Source: Marsupella aquatica (taxonomy: Eukaryota; Plantae; Marchantiophyta). From it: DNA of 64,000 nt. The notes beneath the pieces are model-generated. The model was not told where the DNA came from, did not search any database, and worked only from the letters and a program-made list of their open reading frames with translations. Below are positions 1 to 13,617 of this stretch, in pieces. The stretch covers positions 11,794,830-11,858,829 of the forward strand of contig OZ316896.1 of assembly GCA_973895155.1 (NCBI GenBank), read 5' to 3'. How positions within the stretch are numbered: the stretch's first letter is position 1; every line of letters starts with the position of its first letter. The position numbers and the translations under genes were made by a program.

Positions 1-762
1 GTCTTTGGTAGTGTCTATTTCGACCTTCGGGTGGACGCTTCATGAGGCGTTCGGGCCTGTGGCGGACGCTTTAGTCAGCGTCAATGTTGATGTCGCCTTC
101 GGGGTAGCGGACAATTTGCTGTCGTGCCAACTCTAACTTTTTCACTTTTTGGAAGTCATTTATGGGGAAGGAAAATGGCAGAGACGGTTCCCTTGCAATG
201 GCAGATGCGGCAAGCAAGAATAAGGAGCCAAAGCTATTAAACTTGTCAGGCGCCGAGTCTTCCAAGTACTCAGGAGGATACTTTAGAAGTTGATGTTGCG
301 TTAAAACGCGTCACGTCTCTCTGGCTTCTCATGTGGACGCTTTAAGAAGCGTCGTGTTTTGCTGGCGTCAAGTATGGACGCTTTCGGCAGCGTCGAAGTT
401 TTCCTTCACTTGGGATTGGGGATGCTTCAGTTAGCGCTTGTATTGTGGTGCGCACTTCGTGAAGCATCAGATCCCATTATCATCAAACACGGATGCTTTG
501 TAAAGCGTCGAGCCTATTTTTACTTCGGAGCCAGGACACTGAAGTTGGCGTCTATCTCATGGTGGACGCTTCGCGAAGCGTCTTGGCTTGAGTTGCATCC
601 TCAGCAGGAATTACTTGAAATAGAGTAACTAGAGGCAAACACCTCATGAAGCGTCAGAATAGTGGGGACGTTGTGGAAAGCATTGTCTTTTGTTCCAAAA
701 AAGTTTGAAAAATTCCCAAATAAATTCTAATTGATAAATTTTGACAAAAATACTCTTCCACA
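1..762 (-). mobile_element. Putative 3' LTR (U3 portion, cut by window edge) of a minus-strand Gypsy element
   Basis: On the minus strand a PPT-like GGAGGGCTA is followed by TGTGGAAG starting at 762, downstream of a degenerate accessory ORF. The other LTR end is not visible. Confidence 0.35.
35..690. repeat. Dispersed array of an 18-bp palindrome GACGCTT-N4-AAGCGTC
   Basis: About 10 imperfect copies, e.g. gacgctttagtcagcgtc ~66, gacgctttaagaagcgtc ~337, gacgctttcggcagcgtc ~378, gatgctttgtaaagcgtc ~492, gacgcttcgcgaagcgtc ~565. Confidence 0.8.
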
Positions 763-1120
763 TAGCCCTCCAATCAAAATTTGTCGTGTCCGCACAAAAA
801 GTGAAATAATATACTAAATATTAATCATTTGAAGGTCTTTTGATGGAATAACAAAGTTGATCTTTACTGATTCGGAGTTATCAAATTACATAGGAGGCCA
901 AATGTCGAGCAGAGGTAATCGAGCAAGTCCTCTAATGGCTTGTGATCCTTGAGTACGGGAAGATGAATGAAGCTAGTTTCTCTTTAGTTGTTCTCTCAAT
1001 TTAATAAGGTTCTTCTCATACTTAAATTAAATTGCATATCCGTCATGAGAGACCCAGACATAATAGCTGTAAGGCCACGGATTGTGTGGAAGTATAGGAG
1101 GAAAGGGGCAGGAAGCTCTT

Positions 1121-2810
1121 CTAAGGGACGGTAGACTCCCAACACCAGATTTCATACGCAGAGAATTTAGTTTTCCTATCCTTATCAATTGGCAGAACAA
1201 TCTTTGGAAACATATATGTAAGTATCAAAGTACGTATACCTTGAGGACATATTCCTGGAAAAATCTGCTGCTGTTGTTTGATACTCTCAACCTCCAAATG
1301 CCTGAAAGCTATTTGGTAGTCCTTCTTGGTCCAACAGGTAATAGAAGCAAGATTGGGGACAGGAATAGGAGATGGCAACTCAACCAATCTTCCCAGTCAA
1401 GATGGAATTTGAATAATCTTGGGATCTACCTCATCTTCATTGCCATCACTGGGTGCTTCTATCCATCAAAAAATTACTACTGGAGTTGAGAAAGGAATCA
1501 CAGACTCCTTAGCAGGTGGGTGAGGTGGAGTCTCAGGAGAAGAAGTAGCAATGGTAGTCAGTACTAGTCTTGGTATCTCTGCACCTGTGAATTCTGCACA
1601 TGGAAGTTCCTGCTCTAGCTGTAACTCCTTTGAATAACCAGCTGTCTCACCTTGAACTTCAGCTGGTTCCACTTCATTGACATTCTACACCTGTGCTTCT
1701 CTCTGAGCCTTGTCAAAATCTTCAGCAACGTGCAATTCCATTGAATCCCGAGCTCTCTGTAATCTCTCTCATGGTCTACGACTATAAGTGACCGGGTACT
1801 CATCTGGAGCTCAAGATTTGGAAGCTATAGGTTGAGTGTCCACAGAAACAATTCTCTCAAAGTTGATTGAAGCAAATGTATTGTCAAGTGTAAGGTTCCA
1901 CTGGACTCTGGTTTGGATTATCATAATCCATTTGAACCGGTGATAATTCCTCATTATCGAAATACCGAGGAATTTGACTTAGTCCCTCAGCTAAATCCTC
2001 TAAAATATCTAGTGGTACGGTTACCACATTACTATTTCCTTGCTGGCTAGAATCATATTGTTCAGGCCTTCGTAAGAATGGCATATTATCTTCATCATCA
2101 ATCTCTACAATTTCATCCTCACGATCACTTCTTGACAATATTGTAATCTCAGGATCTGGTCTCTCTAAACCGAGAATGTCTTGAGGAGATCCAAGAATGT
2201 CTTGCAGAGGTGGTTGTGGGCTCCCATTGGAGAAGTCATCCGATTCATAGTCATGCAATGAAGCCAAAGCATCTTGCTCTACAGCAACTAAAGATGGAGA
2301 TGGATAGGGCAGTTCCTCCTAAACAATATCTTCTGCAATAGAGGGTAAAAATGGGGGTTCACCTGGTAATTCCTCAACTACCTCGGGTTCTTGAGTAACT
2401 TCCTCTTTATTATCCAAGGAACTGTATCTATCTGACTCAAATTGTGAATTGGTCTAGGTCTCTTCTATCAGCTCGTCTTCAATTCCAGGCATAATTGGTG
2501 TTCTAGTTCCCATAAATTGTTCGTATAGCTCCTTGTCGATTATAGGAGCTTCCTCCTCTAGAACTTGAGTCGTCTGCTCTTGTACTTCAATCAAACTATG
2601 GACCTTTGGTAGCAACTCTATCTCTTCGCAATCAAGTAAGGTACACAATTCATTCAAGGTAACCTGTGAATTGTTGAGCTGCTCCTCTGGTCTACAACTC
2701 ACATCCGCTTTCACCTTAATCATTAAATTTTGATAAATCTGCCTTTCTACCAGTAGCAGGCACCTCTTCTTGTAGTAAATATGCGCTAAGTAGTGAGTCA
2801 AGTGCAATCC
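1121..2810 (-). pseudogene. Fragmented accessory (post-pol position) ORF of an LTR retrotransposon
   Basis: Co-oriented ORF pieces 2454-2855, 1884-2267, 1466-1672, 1121-1387, acidic/Pro-rich. The motif THYLAHIYYKKRCLL resembles APMLFHLYKFEKKLL in the 10827-11276 accessory ORF. Confidence 0.4.
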
Positions 2811-3348
2811 GCAGCTTGTGTCTTCTATAAGATCTGGATCCCTCACTTCTTGCACCTGGCAGACGTGCTCTATGAGCTATTGAGGAAGAAGGTTAAGTGG
2901 AGATGGTTACTAGAGCATAGCGAAGTAGTGGCCAAGCTTAAGAGTGTTCTCATGAGTCCGCCAATTCTCCGAGTTGCGGCTATGAGAGTGGGCGACCACA
3001 GATAATGAATGTTGATGCAAGTCCATTCGCAGCTAGGTGGGCTATTGGGAAAGATGACAAGAATGGTGAAAGGTATGTCATCAGATTTGGGGCAAAAAGT
3101 TTTAAGGAAAGGCAAAGGAGGTATGCTCAAGTGAAAAGGGAGCTTTGGGGTGCCAAAGTGGCACTCCATCAGGAGAGGAACTATTTGATTGGGGCACCAG
3201 TGGTGGTTGAGACCGATTGCCAATCGTTGCTAGGAATGATAGCAAACTATGACACACCTAACATAGCGATGCTCAGGTGGATTGCTTTCATTTGGATGTT
3301 CGACCCTTAGCTAAGTCACATTGCGGGAAAGGATAATCCGGTTGCCAA

Positions 3349-6125
3349 CACTAGTAGAAACTGGGGTGTTATATGACTAGGTTTTATGACTGCCCATGAC
3401 TCCTTGTGACTAAAGTTTGGGGGGTATCAAGCCAGTCGTAATTTTGACATAGCGTCTTATTTAAAGTGACTGAAATCGAGTGGTCAGATTTGTGACTAGG
3501 CTTTAAGACACATTTTGTGACTAATAATGACCAAATCCATACTTGGGCATTTTCGGATGAGAAAGTGCTATAGTCTACTATGCACAACCAATTAACACTT
3601 CTGAACCTTCAACATCAGACTGAATGGAAGATAATACAAACCCACCAGTCATATACAACATAAAAAACAGGACAATAGAGTGAGATAAGTCAAGAGGTCT
3701 GCTTTATGTAACTCACAATTCAAAGCTTCCAACACAGGTGAATCTTCCAGGTTGAACCCTCTCTCATACACACACTACTTTTCTAGAGTTGGGACACTGC
3801 AGCTGCTGATAAGCTTGGCTTGAGTGAAAATGCACATAGCTTCCACCAGCCAACAACATACAAGCCCCTGAAACTGAAAATTTGCACAACTAAATAGCTG
3901 AAACTTGAGAGCTCACTCACTCTTAGGAGCTGCTCTCCTCCTTGTCTCTTCTCTACCTCCTATCACAGCATCCAATGCATCTAATTACTCTCTTGCAAAG
4001 CTTGAAACTGAAATTTACTTGGCTAACTTGTTGCTCATCTATTCTAAATGTCCTACTCACTACCTAGGTAAGTTCTCGCAAACCTCCATGCATCACTCCT
4101 GAACTGAATTCGCTTTTGGCCTCCATAGGTACCTCCTCCTAGCTCCTACCTTCAATTTTCACTCCAGTAGCTCCTCCCTGGTCTCTAGTAGTAACTCAGT
4201 AATTTCTGACATTGTATCCTAGGCACTCATTTTAGCCCTAAAATCTCTCTCGTGGATTCCAACAACACTCTGATCTCTCCAATACTCAACCTTGGGGTGC
4301 CCACTTGCCCTGGTATCACTCCTTGGATCCCTGAGCAGCACCCACGAGCCACCAGCAATGCACACAAATTTTCCACCTCAAATCAGTCAGTCTGTGCTCT
4401 CCCTGACCAGAACATTCAATCTTGCATCAATTCTCCTTGTCTCCTTGTCCTGCACCTCAATCTCCACTGAATGGCCACCAGGGACACCTCAACTACTCCC
4501 CTGGAATCCATCAACCAACAAGGAAAGCCATGAGCTCATTCAAGCAATAATTCAGATTTTGGCTTCTTCTCACTCAAATCGCTAATTTCCAGCTCCCAGA
4601 TCTAACTCCTATAGCATCCAACGATTCTTTTGAAGCCCTAATTCGAATGCATGTCCTCAAAGGGAATCCAAGGACGATCCCAACCCAGCTGTCCAATCCA
4701 AAAATGATGGTAGAATGCCAAAGATACAGCTCCCTAAACCATAGCACTAAATTTGGCCTTTGTTAATCCAAATCCTGAACTTTTGGGCTGAACTTTGAGC
4801 TCCTTCAGCTTTGAGCAGCTGATGGGAGGCTTGATTCCTGGCTCATAGCATGATCAAGGGTATCCAAAGGCGAATCCAATGCCCCAATCCAATCCAAAAA
4901 CGATCAAGAAATGGCTAAGATACATCTCCCGATCTGCTGCAGCTTTTACTAGGGAAATTTTTGGATTCCAGGTCAAATGATGACCTCTCTAGCTTTGAGG
5001 TGTACCAGGAAAGCCTAAATCAAAGTTGCCATGCGCGAGAGCATCCAAAGACAAATCCAACGCACCTATGTAATGCAAAAACGAGCAATCAAAGCTAAAG
5101 ATACAGTTCCCGATCTGCTGCTGCCTCCATAGCCACAAACCTTCGATGGTCTCTTGGATTCCTGCTCGACCCTTGTACTTTAGGCTCGACATTTTCTCCC
5201 CCTTGGACCTTTCTCCACCTCGTTACTGGCCAGTAGCAAGGCCCTCTAAGTCCCCCTCTAAGCTAGCTATTCGATTTAGCTGCACCGCCAAATTGGTGTA
5301 ACCCCAAATTTCACTAATTCCTCTCCATGATTGATCTCCAAGCAACTACAATAGTTTGACTAATTACTAGAACTACTCCTGGCTATTCCCTTACTAATCT
5401 AACACCAAGAAGAATATTTATCCCAAGTCCTAAGTAGCTTAGTTTATCTATCCCGACACTTATCTAAAACTTACATTTAGACTATCAAATGTCAATACTA
5501 ATATGGCCTGAAAAAAAATCTTTCTTTTTCTCTCAACTAATCTTCATGTCACCTATTGCTAACTAAAAGTCAAGGGCATAGAGCTTAATTCCTATTTCTA
5601 TTTAACCATTTTGTCACTTCTACCATTTCATACTTGCTCCAAAACAACGTCTCGACTATACTAATTACTCTCGGTGAAGCCTAAAAATCCTCTAACAGAC
5701 CTGTGGGCCACTTTCTGAGGGGTGCACACACCCTTCACAAAGTAGGAAGGAAACTTTTCATAGTGTTTTCCTAAACTCTGCTTCACTGAAGGTCTTTGTA
5801 GTGTTCATGTGAACCACACCGCCACGGTAAAATAGAAGTTGCCCAAGTGGGAGTAATGGGATTAATCTCACAATGAGAATGTTCAAGCCAATTTATGACT
5901 ATATTGGACGTGGTTGGACCAATTGCATTTATATTACTTAGACTAAGCGTGACTAGGACTATCCACTGTTCAGAATTTCAATGCTCTAGTGTCTTATGTA
6001 GACTCATTAGTGACTGTCAAGTCATGTGGGGTCACATCTGTAAGACTGATGTTATATTAAAGCACTCTGGTGGTCAAGCTTGTCATAACTGGTCTGGTCA
6101 TGAAATGCCCCAGTTTCTACTAGTG
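3349..6125. mobile_element. Non-autonomous CACTA (En/Spm) DNA transposon
   Basis: TIRs CACTAGTAGAAACTGGGG / CCCCAGTTTCTACTAGTG; 3-bp TSD CAA (3346-3348, 6126-6128); subterminal TGACT repeats. Removing it restores the Gypsy RNase H frame. Confidence 0.95.
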
Positions 6126-6384
6126 CAACATGCTGTCGAGGGCAAGGTTCAGAAATGAGGTAGCGACAAGAGTTGGTGAGGTGACCAGAACCAAAAGTGT
6201 TGGAAGTCTAGACTTCAAGGAAGAACTTTACTTGGGAGAGCTGTTGGATATTGGGTGATACATCAGTACTTTGGAGAAGCAACCAGAGTGGAGCTACCAG
6301 GAGTTTGTCAAGATCCGGAAGAGATCTTACAAGTTCTTATTGAGAGAGGTCTACTTGTGGTGAAGGCGGAAGGACCCAGGTCAA

Positions 6385-6882
6385 TTGTTGCAAAGGGTTG
6401 TGGATACCAAGGTTGAGAAGGATCGAATTCTCAAAGAGTGTCATGATGCTGACATGGGTGGACACAAAGGGGTGCATTTGACTTACGAGAGGGTCAGGAA
6501 GTTGTATTGGTGGCCAGGTTTATACTTGGCTGTTCGAGACTATGTGGAGACTTGTGAGATTTGCCAGTTTTACTCAAGTATCCGACATAGGGATGGATTG
6601 GTTCCGACTTACCCAGTGGCGCTACACTTTCAATGGGCTATTGATATGGTGTACATGCCAAGAGAGAGCAATGGGGCAAGATACTTGGTTTTGGCAAGAG
6701 AAGACTTGTCTTCTTATGTGGAAGGGAGAGCATTGGCTTTGAATACTACCGCTGCTATTTGTCAGTTCATACTCGAAGACATTATTGCAAGGCACAGATG
6801 CTTTACAAGGATCAGGGCTGATAGGGGGAGCTCAGCTCCAAGGAAGCGCAAGAGTTTTTTGACCAATACTGCATCAAACTGA
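6385..6882 (+). pseudogene. Gypsy integrase fragment (zinc-binding and core N-part)
   Basis: HHCC motif, YWWPGL, WAIDMVYMP, ADRG, followed by a frameshift. Confidence 0.85.
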
Positions 6883-7730
6883 AGCTGACTTTGAGTTACA
6901 ATCCGAAAGGCAATGGGAAATCTGAAAGAGGGCACATTCAGATTGTGAGCGCTTTGGCTAAGGCTTTTGATGGAGATCTGGGCAGGTGGTCGAGCCTTCT
7001 CCCACTTGCTCTATTAGCTAATTAGATGACTTGTAGCTCAGTGACCGGATATGTTTCGGCTGAGCTACTTATTGGGCACTTACCAATGATGCCACTCAAG
7101 GAAGATGTTTGTAGCTGGCGACTGTTGGAGAGACAAATTTTTGAGAGAGGAGTTGCTGGCCCAAAGGATTGAACACTTCAATCTGTTACCTGCTAAGATT
7201 GAGGTGGCTCGGAAGTAGTTGAAGATGGCAAGGCTAGGGAACAAGGCCAGGTTTGATAGGACTCATCAGTTGAGGCCTGTCTTGGTTAAGGAAGGGGATT
7301 GGATTCTGATTTACGAGAGTAAGTTGGACAAGCAACACTTGAGCCAAAACAAGTTTGCTCGAAGGTGCAAGGTCCGTCTGTGATGGTTGTTGTTCATTCA
7401 AATGCGACCTATACTATTCAAGAGCTGGATTGAATCGTTCACCAAGTACCTTACGCAGGGAAGAGGGTAAAGATCTTCAAGAGGAGGACCGAGAAAGGGA
7501 TGGACTCAAGTTATGACGTTAGTGAATTTGAAGATGAGGCACTGGTCCAAGCGCATTTGGGTGAGTGGGACTTTGAGTTTCTTGAAAGTGGAGTGACTAA
7601 GGCTCAATCTAAAGGCTTTGGTTTTCAGTTTCTTGAGGGGAAAGTGGTCTAGGCGCATGGTTTAAGTTCTGATTCTGACTTAGAAAAAATCTGATGGATT
7701 GGAGCAGACCAGAGACTGCTCAGGTTTTCT

Positions 7731-8135
7731 GGGGGAGGATGTCATGCCAAAACATTTCAGCAATGGAATATCCCTTTATAGTGGCTGATGGGCAAGCCAT
7801 CGTTGGTAAGTCGCGAGTATGCTGACTCAGACAGGTTGCTTGTTTGGTTGAGATAAGGTTTGGTGTTTGGGTGACTCATCGTCCCCAAGCTTGGTTTTTG
7901 GGTGAGCCTCGCTGATGGCAGCTGGCTGGGGCAAAAACGATGTTTCTGGATGCTATTTAAGGCTTGAGTTGCGGCTCATTGGGTTTCTATGGGTTTGGCT
8001 ATTGGTTGGGCTATTATTTGTGATGTTTTCTTGTTCGTTGCTCATTACGGGTTTTGGATTTGGTGGCGGTTTTGAGCTTTGAGTCTTGGGCCTTTGTGTG
8101 GTAAGCGTTTTAGATGAAACTTGTATAAAACGCAT
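7731..8135 (+). mobile_element. PPT (GGGGGAGGA) and start of the 3' LTR (TGTCATG at 7740) of the plus-strand Gypsy
   Basis: Purine tract directly followed by TG after the end of the integrase frame. The LTR end is not identifiable, so the end coordinate is approximate. Confidence 0.6.
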
Positions 8136-8647
8136 CTTAGAAACTCGAATTTGTTCCCGTAGGGAATAAAAAAAATCAACTTATGATTGTGTTAAGTTCT
8201 TTGAGATCTTTAGAAATCTCTTTCCTTACACAACTATTGTATATCACTCAAAATATTTATGATCAATCATTTTAATATGGAAACTCTCAGATTATCGCTC
8301 CTTCTCAATAGAAGTTTGATTTTCATTCCATTCCTAAATTCCTTATACTTAACAGAGATTGGCTTACATTAAGGATTTCACTACAATTCTCTAAACTCTA
8401 GATTTCAGAATTTTACTCATATTTTTCCATACAAAACTAAGATAGGTAATCTCATCAGTTATCAGTCATTTTCATCAGTGTACCTGATATCAGCTGCCAC
8501 CTCATCTTAGAGAGGCCACCAAGTTGCGATGCAAAAAAGAAAAAAATGAAGAAATTTATTTTTTTGAATTTTTCTTCAAAATTTGAAAGAAAACTTTTTT
8601 TTTCAAATTTTTTTTTGCCATGAGGCGTCCGTACTGTACGGACACCT

Positions 8648-8865
8648 ATCTCGGCGAGCCCAGCCGAGATGGGAAAAAAATTTCTGAAATTTTGTTTTTC
8701 TTTCCGAAATTTTTTTTTTCTGCAAAAATTTTGGTTTTAATTTTGGTTTTTTTTTCGGTCCGTACACCCATCTCGGCGAGGTCAGCTGAGATTGAGTCAA
8801 CCTCGATTGCCCAACTGAGATGCGCGGAAGTTTGAAGGCCCCATCTCAACTCCTCAACTGAGATT
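8648..8865. repeat. Four spaced palindromes ATCTCGGC-N6/7-GCCGAGAT
   Basis: Perfect copy at 8648; variants at ~8770, ~8800, ~8843, separated by T/A runs. Confidence 0.55.
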
Positions 8866-9899
8866 CTGAAATTTTTGAGATAACTGATGATGTTGTGTAC
8901 CCCTACAAAACCAAAGAAATGTTTTCTTAAAATGTATTCATTCATTCCAAGGTTTGCAAGAAAGGCACGAGGAAATCATGAATAACAATGGAATTTGGGT
9001 GGTGCATTTTCTCATTTCTGCGATTCTTCCTCCTAACCCCAACCTGGCATGAGGAAAAGACCCAAACTAGTAACAAATTATTTCCAGAGAAAATGACAAG
9101 ACAATTTTGCCTTGGAGTTCAATTGTAATACTCCCTCACAGATTAAGAGATCTAAAAAGGTTGCTAAACTACCTCCAAACTAACTATTAATTAAAGATCT
9201 GAAGAGGTGAGTAGTTTCAACTACTTTCCTAAGCTAAGACTCCTAATGATGGCTAAACTAGTTTAGCTAAGCTAAATTTTATCTAATGAACTCAATTTGG
9301 GGAAAAAGGAGAGAAAACGGTTGAAGAGATGTTGAATCAAAATTCAACTTAAAACGCCAGAGTGATCCTTCAGATGAAAAACAATTTGTTGGTTAAATTG
9401 GTCTTCTTATATCCTTAACTCCTTCGTCTTCTCTAAGTGACTTCATTCTGTCACTTAGGTTTTAGGGTTTAAGACAATCATAAAATGACAGATGCTTCAA
9501 AAGATTTCACCACTAAAATCCTGAAGTGGAAATTTTCCTCAACTTTTCCTCAACTCAAGGATTTTAGTTTTCTTCACTATTTGAACTTGAGGAAAAAGTG
9601 GACTTTGTATGTGATTCCGTGAGGCTTTTCAGGTTTGATTAAACTCAGGGTGAGAAGTGTAATGGAAAGAAACACATGGAATAGAAATGGTATTGAAGAA
9701 AGGTAAAATCTGTATCAAAGAAAGTGAAGTGCAAATAAATCTCCAACAATGTACAGTGAAGTGATAGACTGGAAGAAATTCTCCATCAAAATACTTCAAA
9801 ATTAAAATGAGATCTCTTCATCACCGTAGCAGAGGAGCAATAAATCCAAGGAAAATGCTCATAATGTCACTTCCACCAGAATTGGAAATCATTTCCACT

Positions 9900-11850
9900 A
9901 ACTGCATTGAAAACTTGAAAGCGGTCTCCTAGTGTTTTCGCTTCAGTTTCTTTTTCTTTGGAAGCAAAGCCTGATTCACTTCTTCAGACTTAGTGTCTGG
10001 TTCGACTACTTCAATCTCCATCTATAAATCAGCCTGTGCTAATAAATCTGTTGTTGGAGTAGTCATGGACCGTAGTAGGGCAGTGTTAGAAAAATTGTCA
10101 TAAGCATTAGAAATTGATGATTTTTGTTTAGGAGTAGGTACTCGAAGACAATTTGCATCAACTACTGGTAATGCCTTGTTCTGATCAAGAGAAACATTGT
10201 TTGGAGCAAGAAGAGAAGCAAATGGCTGATCCTCTGATGTTATGGCTAGGGTTGGAGCAACACAATTCGATTGTCTAGCAGCAACCTTCTCGCAGGGAGC
10301 AATGGCTTCATTTGCATTCGCTTTGTCCTCCTTTGAAACATGAGTTACCCCCTGTGGTACGTCTGATGGGGTACCCTGGACAAGTGTTAAGGCTGAACAT
10401 AATTCCAAATGATTCTCAATATACTTTTGCAAATCTCCAATCAATTTCAAAATCGTTTCATACTTCCTGTCCAACAAATTCTTCTGGTTGGTAATTGCTG
10501 AAGCAATTTTTGTCAAGTTCTTGGTATAGTTTTTCCATCCTTCAGACGTCAACGCAGCAAGATGAAGAGTATCAGTAACAGTGAGTGCAATTCCAGCTAC
10601 AGTAGTTGAGAGAGTATGAACCGATTGCTGGATTACTGGCAAGACTGAGCTGTGGAGCAACTCCTTCAATTGCTTCTCAAGCTCACGTTTCTCCACTCTC
10701 CACTGTTTCCTTTCTTGATCAATTCGCGTAGAAGATGAGTATAGGTCTTAGATCTTAGCAAGTAAAGCATCTCCTGAACAAGAAAATCTAGTTTGTAGCT
10801 GATTAATCAAACCAGCATTGATGGAATTAGCCCTCCAATGGACACAAGTCATCCGAATCCACCTGAATAACAGAGATTTCTTGAGGTTTCTTGATTGATG
10901 TTGAACCTCGTGGTTGACCCCTCAACACTCGCATAGGGGCTGCCTGAAACTCAGTTTTTACAGGAATCTCTACATCGTCCTCATCCTCTATCTCACTGTC
11001 TTCATCTTTGGAGGATGGGTCTTCAATGAGGGCTCTGTTTGCCTCTTCTTCTTCATAGAACTGTAACTCTGTTGTCAAAAGCTTCTTCTCGAACTTGTAC
11101 AAGTGGAACAACATGGGTGCCACAAACAAATCGATACCATCCTTCACCTTCTTGCACCTCAACTGAAAAGAATCTAAAAGCACACTAGCCCAATTGATTG
11201 GTTTACCTTTGTCATAGGCGGTGACAATCATGGCAGCCAACTTGCCTACAATTTGTCTGGGCTTATCGGGTGTCAAAATTGGTACAATGAAACGAAGGAT
11301 TGCTCAAAGTGCTGGATCCTTTGCTGAGTTCGGTGTATAGCCTTCCTTCGCAAACTCAACAGAGAATTGGTCCTCGCAAATATCATGGAACAATCGGGAG
11401 GAGGTGAAATCTTCTGCAATTAGGCCTACCGAAGAAACGCCATAGCAATCCGCCATCTTAGACTGCTCAGTAATCGTTGTGTAATCTGATCGGGCAGTCA
11501 CGTTCTTCACACGTTTATTCTGCAGGCGTATTTCGTCCACCATCTTCACATTGTTGATCAGCCAGAGAAAGTCGGCTAACGAATTGATGCCCACCTTCTT
11601 GTAATTCTCTCGATTACTGGCCATCTCGGATTCAGGAGGCATCACAATCGTCTTCTCCTTCACCATTGCTGCTTGAACTTTGCTTACAATGGGCGCCTCG
11701 ACCACACCAGAGAGCCGATCTTGCTCTTGGCCTCCTTCTGACCTGCGCGCTCAATGTTCAGGTCCGCTTTCTCTTCTCAATCTTTGCCACATGCATTCGC
11801 CGATCTTCTTTCAAGAACGATTTGTTATAGCCGGTATGAGGTATTCGTTT
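9900..11850 (-). pseudogene. Degenerate accessory ORF downstream of Gypsy pol (env position)
   Basis: ORF pieces 11304-11705, 10827-11276, 10022-10696 on the pol strand just 3' of integrase; motifs KPINWASVLL and APMLFHLY, an acidic tract, then a coiled-coil-like segment. Confidence 0.6.
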
Positions 11851-12178
11851 GCCCTGTGTACTCGCTTCCAGTACACGTATTCCTCTTTGCCGCCGAATCA
11901 AACCATTTCAAAGTTGAAACACAATTAAGCCTTCTCTTAATCATTTTCCCTTTTTCCCTAAAGGTATGTGGTTGAGAGAGCTCAAAAAATAAAAAATTTA
12001 ACAATTTTAACCTAAAATGGTTATCTTAACTTATATCATCATCTAATCTTTACGAAGCCATCCCCTCCTTATATAAGGGAGTGACCACACGACCCTACTC
12101 CAATGGCTGAGCCATGTATTTTTTTACTCTATGGCCATTTACTCTAGTAACTAATTCTTCTCCATCAGTAGTGGTAAG

Positions 12179-13617
12179 CTATAAGCTACCATTAGACCAA
12201 ACATTCTTAACTACATAGGGACCTCCCCACCTAGTGTGGAGTTTTCCTGGAAACTTCAAATAACGATTGTCATATAATAAAACTAAATCTCCTGCCTTAA
12301 TGGTTGTTGGCTTCAACTTCTTATCATAATTCTTCTTCCTACGTGCTTGCTGAACATGAGTATGTGTGAGTGCATAAAGACGATTTTCCTCCAAGTGTTC
12401 TAATTCTGCTAATCTAATTAATTGGCTTTCTTCAGGGGGTAAACGTTGGTCTTCCAAGACTCTTGCAGTGGGCAAACTGAATTCTATAGGAACAATAGAG
12501 TCCATCCCATAAACCATATAAAAAGGAGTTCGTTTTGTGGTGATCTTCTGTGCAGTTCTATATGCCCATAGTGCAGATGCTAACTTCATGTCCCAATCAC
12601 TCTTATGTGCAAAAACAATTTTTGTGAGGATTTTACAAATGATGCCATTAGCTCTCTCCATCAAACCATTTGCCTTAGAGTTATACGGAGTAGTTTTGCG
12701 GTGCTTGATCAGGTAAGTGGTGGTGAGCAGTTCTATGGTGCTATTTAGGAAGTGAGTGCCTCTATCACTAACCAACTCTAAGGGACACCCATAGCGAGTG
12801 ATAATATTATCAAAAAGAAAAAGTGTTGTAACAGCTGCATCATCCTTCCATACCGCTTCGGCTTCCACCCACTTGGTGGCATAATCGGTAGCCACAATGA
12901 TGTAGCGATTCCTCCTTCGTTGGGTAATAGGTTGTATGGGACGCACAAAATCAATGCCCCATTTTTCAAAGGGAGCAAGAGGCATTATAGGAACTAAGGG
13001 CCATCTCCCACTAAGTAAAGGTTTCCCCATGCGCTGACAAGGGTCACACCCTTTAATGAAGTCAAGTACATCATTATGCATGGAGGGCCACCAATAACCC
13101 GCATCACGAACTTTGGCCACCGTTGTATTCATAGTAAAATGTCCACCCGAATCCCCTTCATGCAATGCACTAATCACTATAGACACCTCATGCGTCTCCA
13201 AACATCGCTTAAGCTTAAGGTCAGACATGGCTTTATGTAACACACCTTTAATGAGGGTGTAAGGCCCCGCCTTATGTACAAAAATTGCCTGCTGCTCCGC
13301 ATTCATGTGTTGAGGAGGTCGACTAGTAATGAGAAAAGAAACAATCTTAGCATAAAGCGATTGTTCACCCTCCATGTGAAATAACTCCTCATCAAGAAAC
13401 ACATCGGGAATTGCCTCGGTATCACCTTCTCCTTCCAACCGAGATAAGTAATCAGCATTGACATGACTTTTTCTAGGGCGCACCTCCACTTTAAATCGGA
13501 ATTCTTGGAGAAGTAGAATCCAACGTGCAATTCGGCCTGACAAATCCGCCTTATTAAAAAGATACTTAAGAGAGTTATGATCAGTATGAAAAATAGTGTC
13601 ATAACCAAGGAGGTAGT
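12179..13617 (-). pseudogene. Gypsy RNase H C-part plus integrase with GPY/F module
   Basis: 513-aa ORF whose true homology starts at YLLGYDTIFHTDH. The first ~35 aa come from the inserted 4.6-kb element. Confidence 0.9.

Larger units (their letters stand above)
2810..7693 (+). mobile_element. Ty3/Gypsy pol remnant (RT C-terminus, RNase H, integrase), interrupted by a CACTA element
   Basis: FYKIWIPHF..LYELLRK; RNase H VDASP..KRELWG..ETDCQSL..MLRWIAFI..HIAGKDNPVAN|MLSR split at 3349-6125; integrase HHCC (CHDADMGGHKG..CEICQ), WAIDMV, IRADRG, YNPKGNGKSERGH. Many stops and frameshifts. Confidence 0.9.

Noticed and set aside
3600-5730. Solo LTR nested in the first CACTA
   Set aside because: The composition and ..GGGGTGCACACA end look LTR-like, but I found no matching TG start or TSD.
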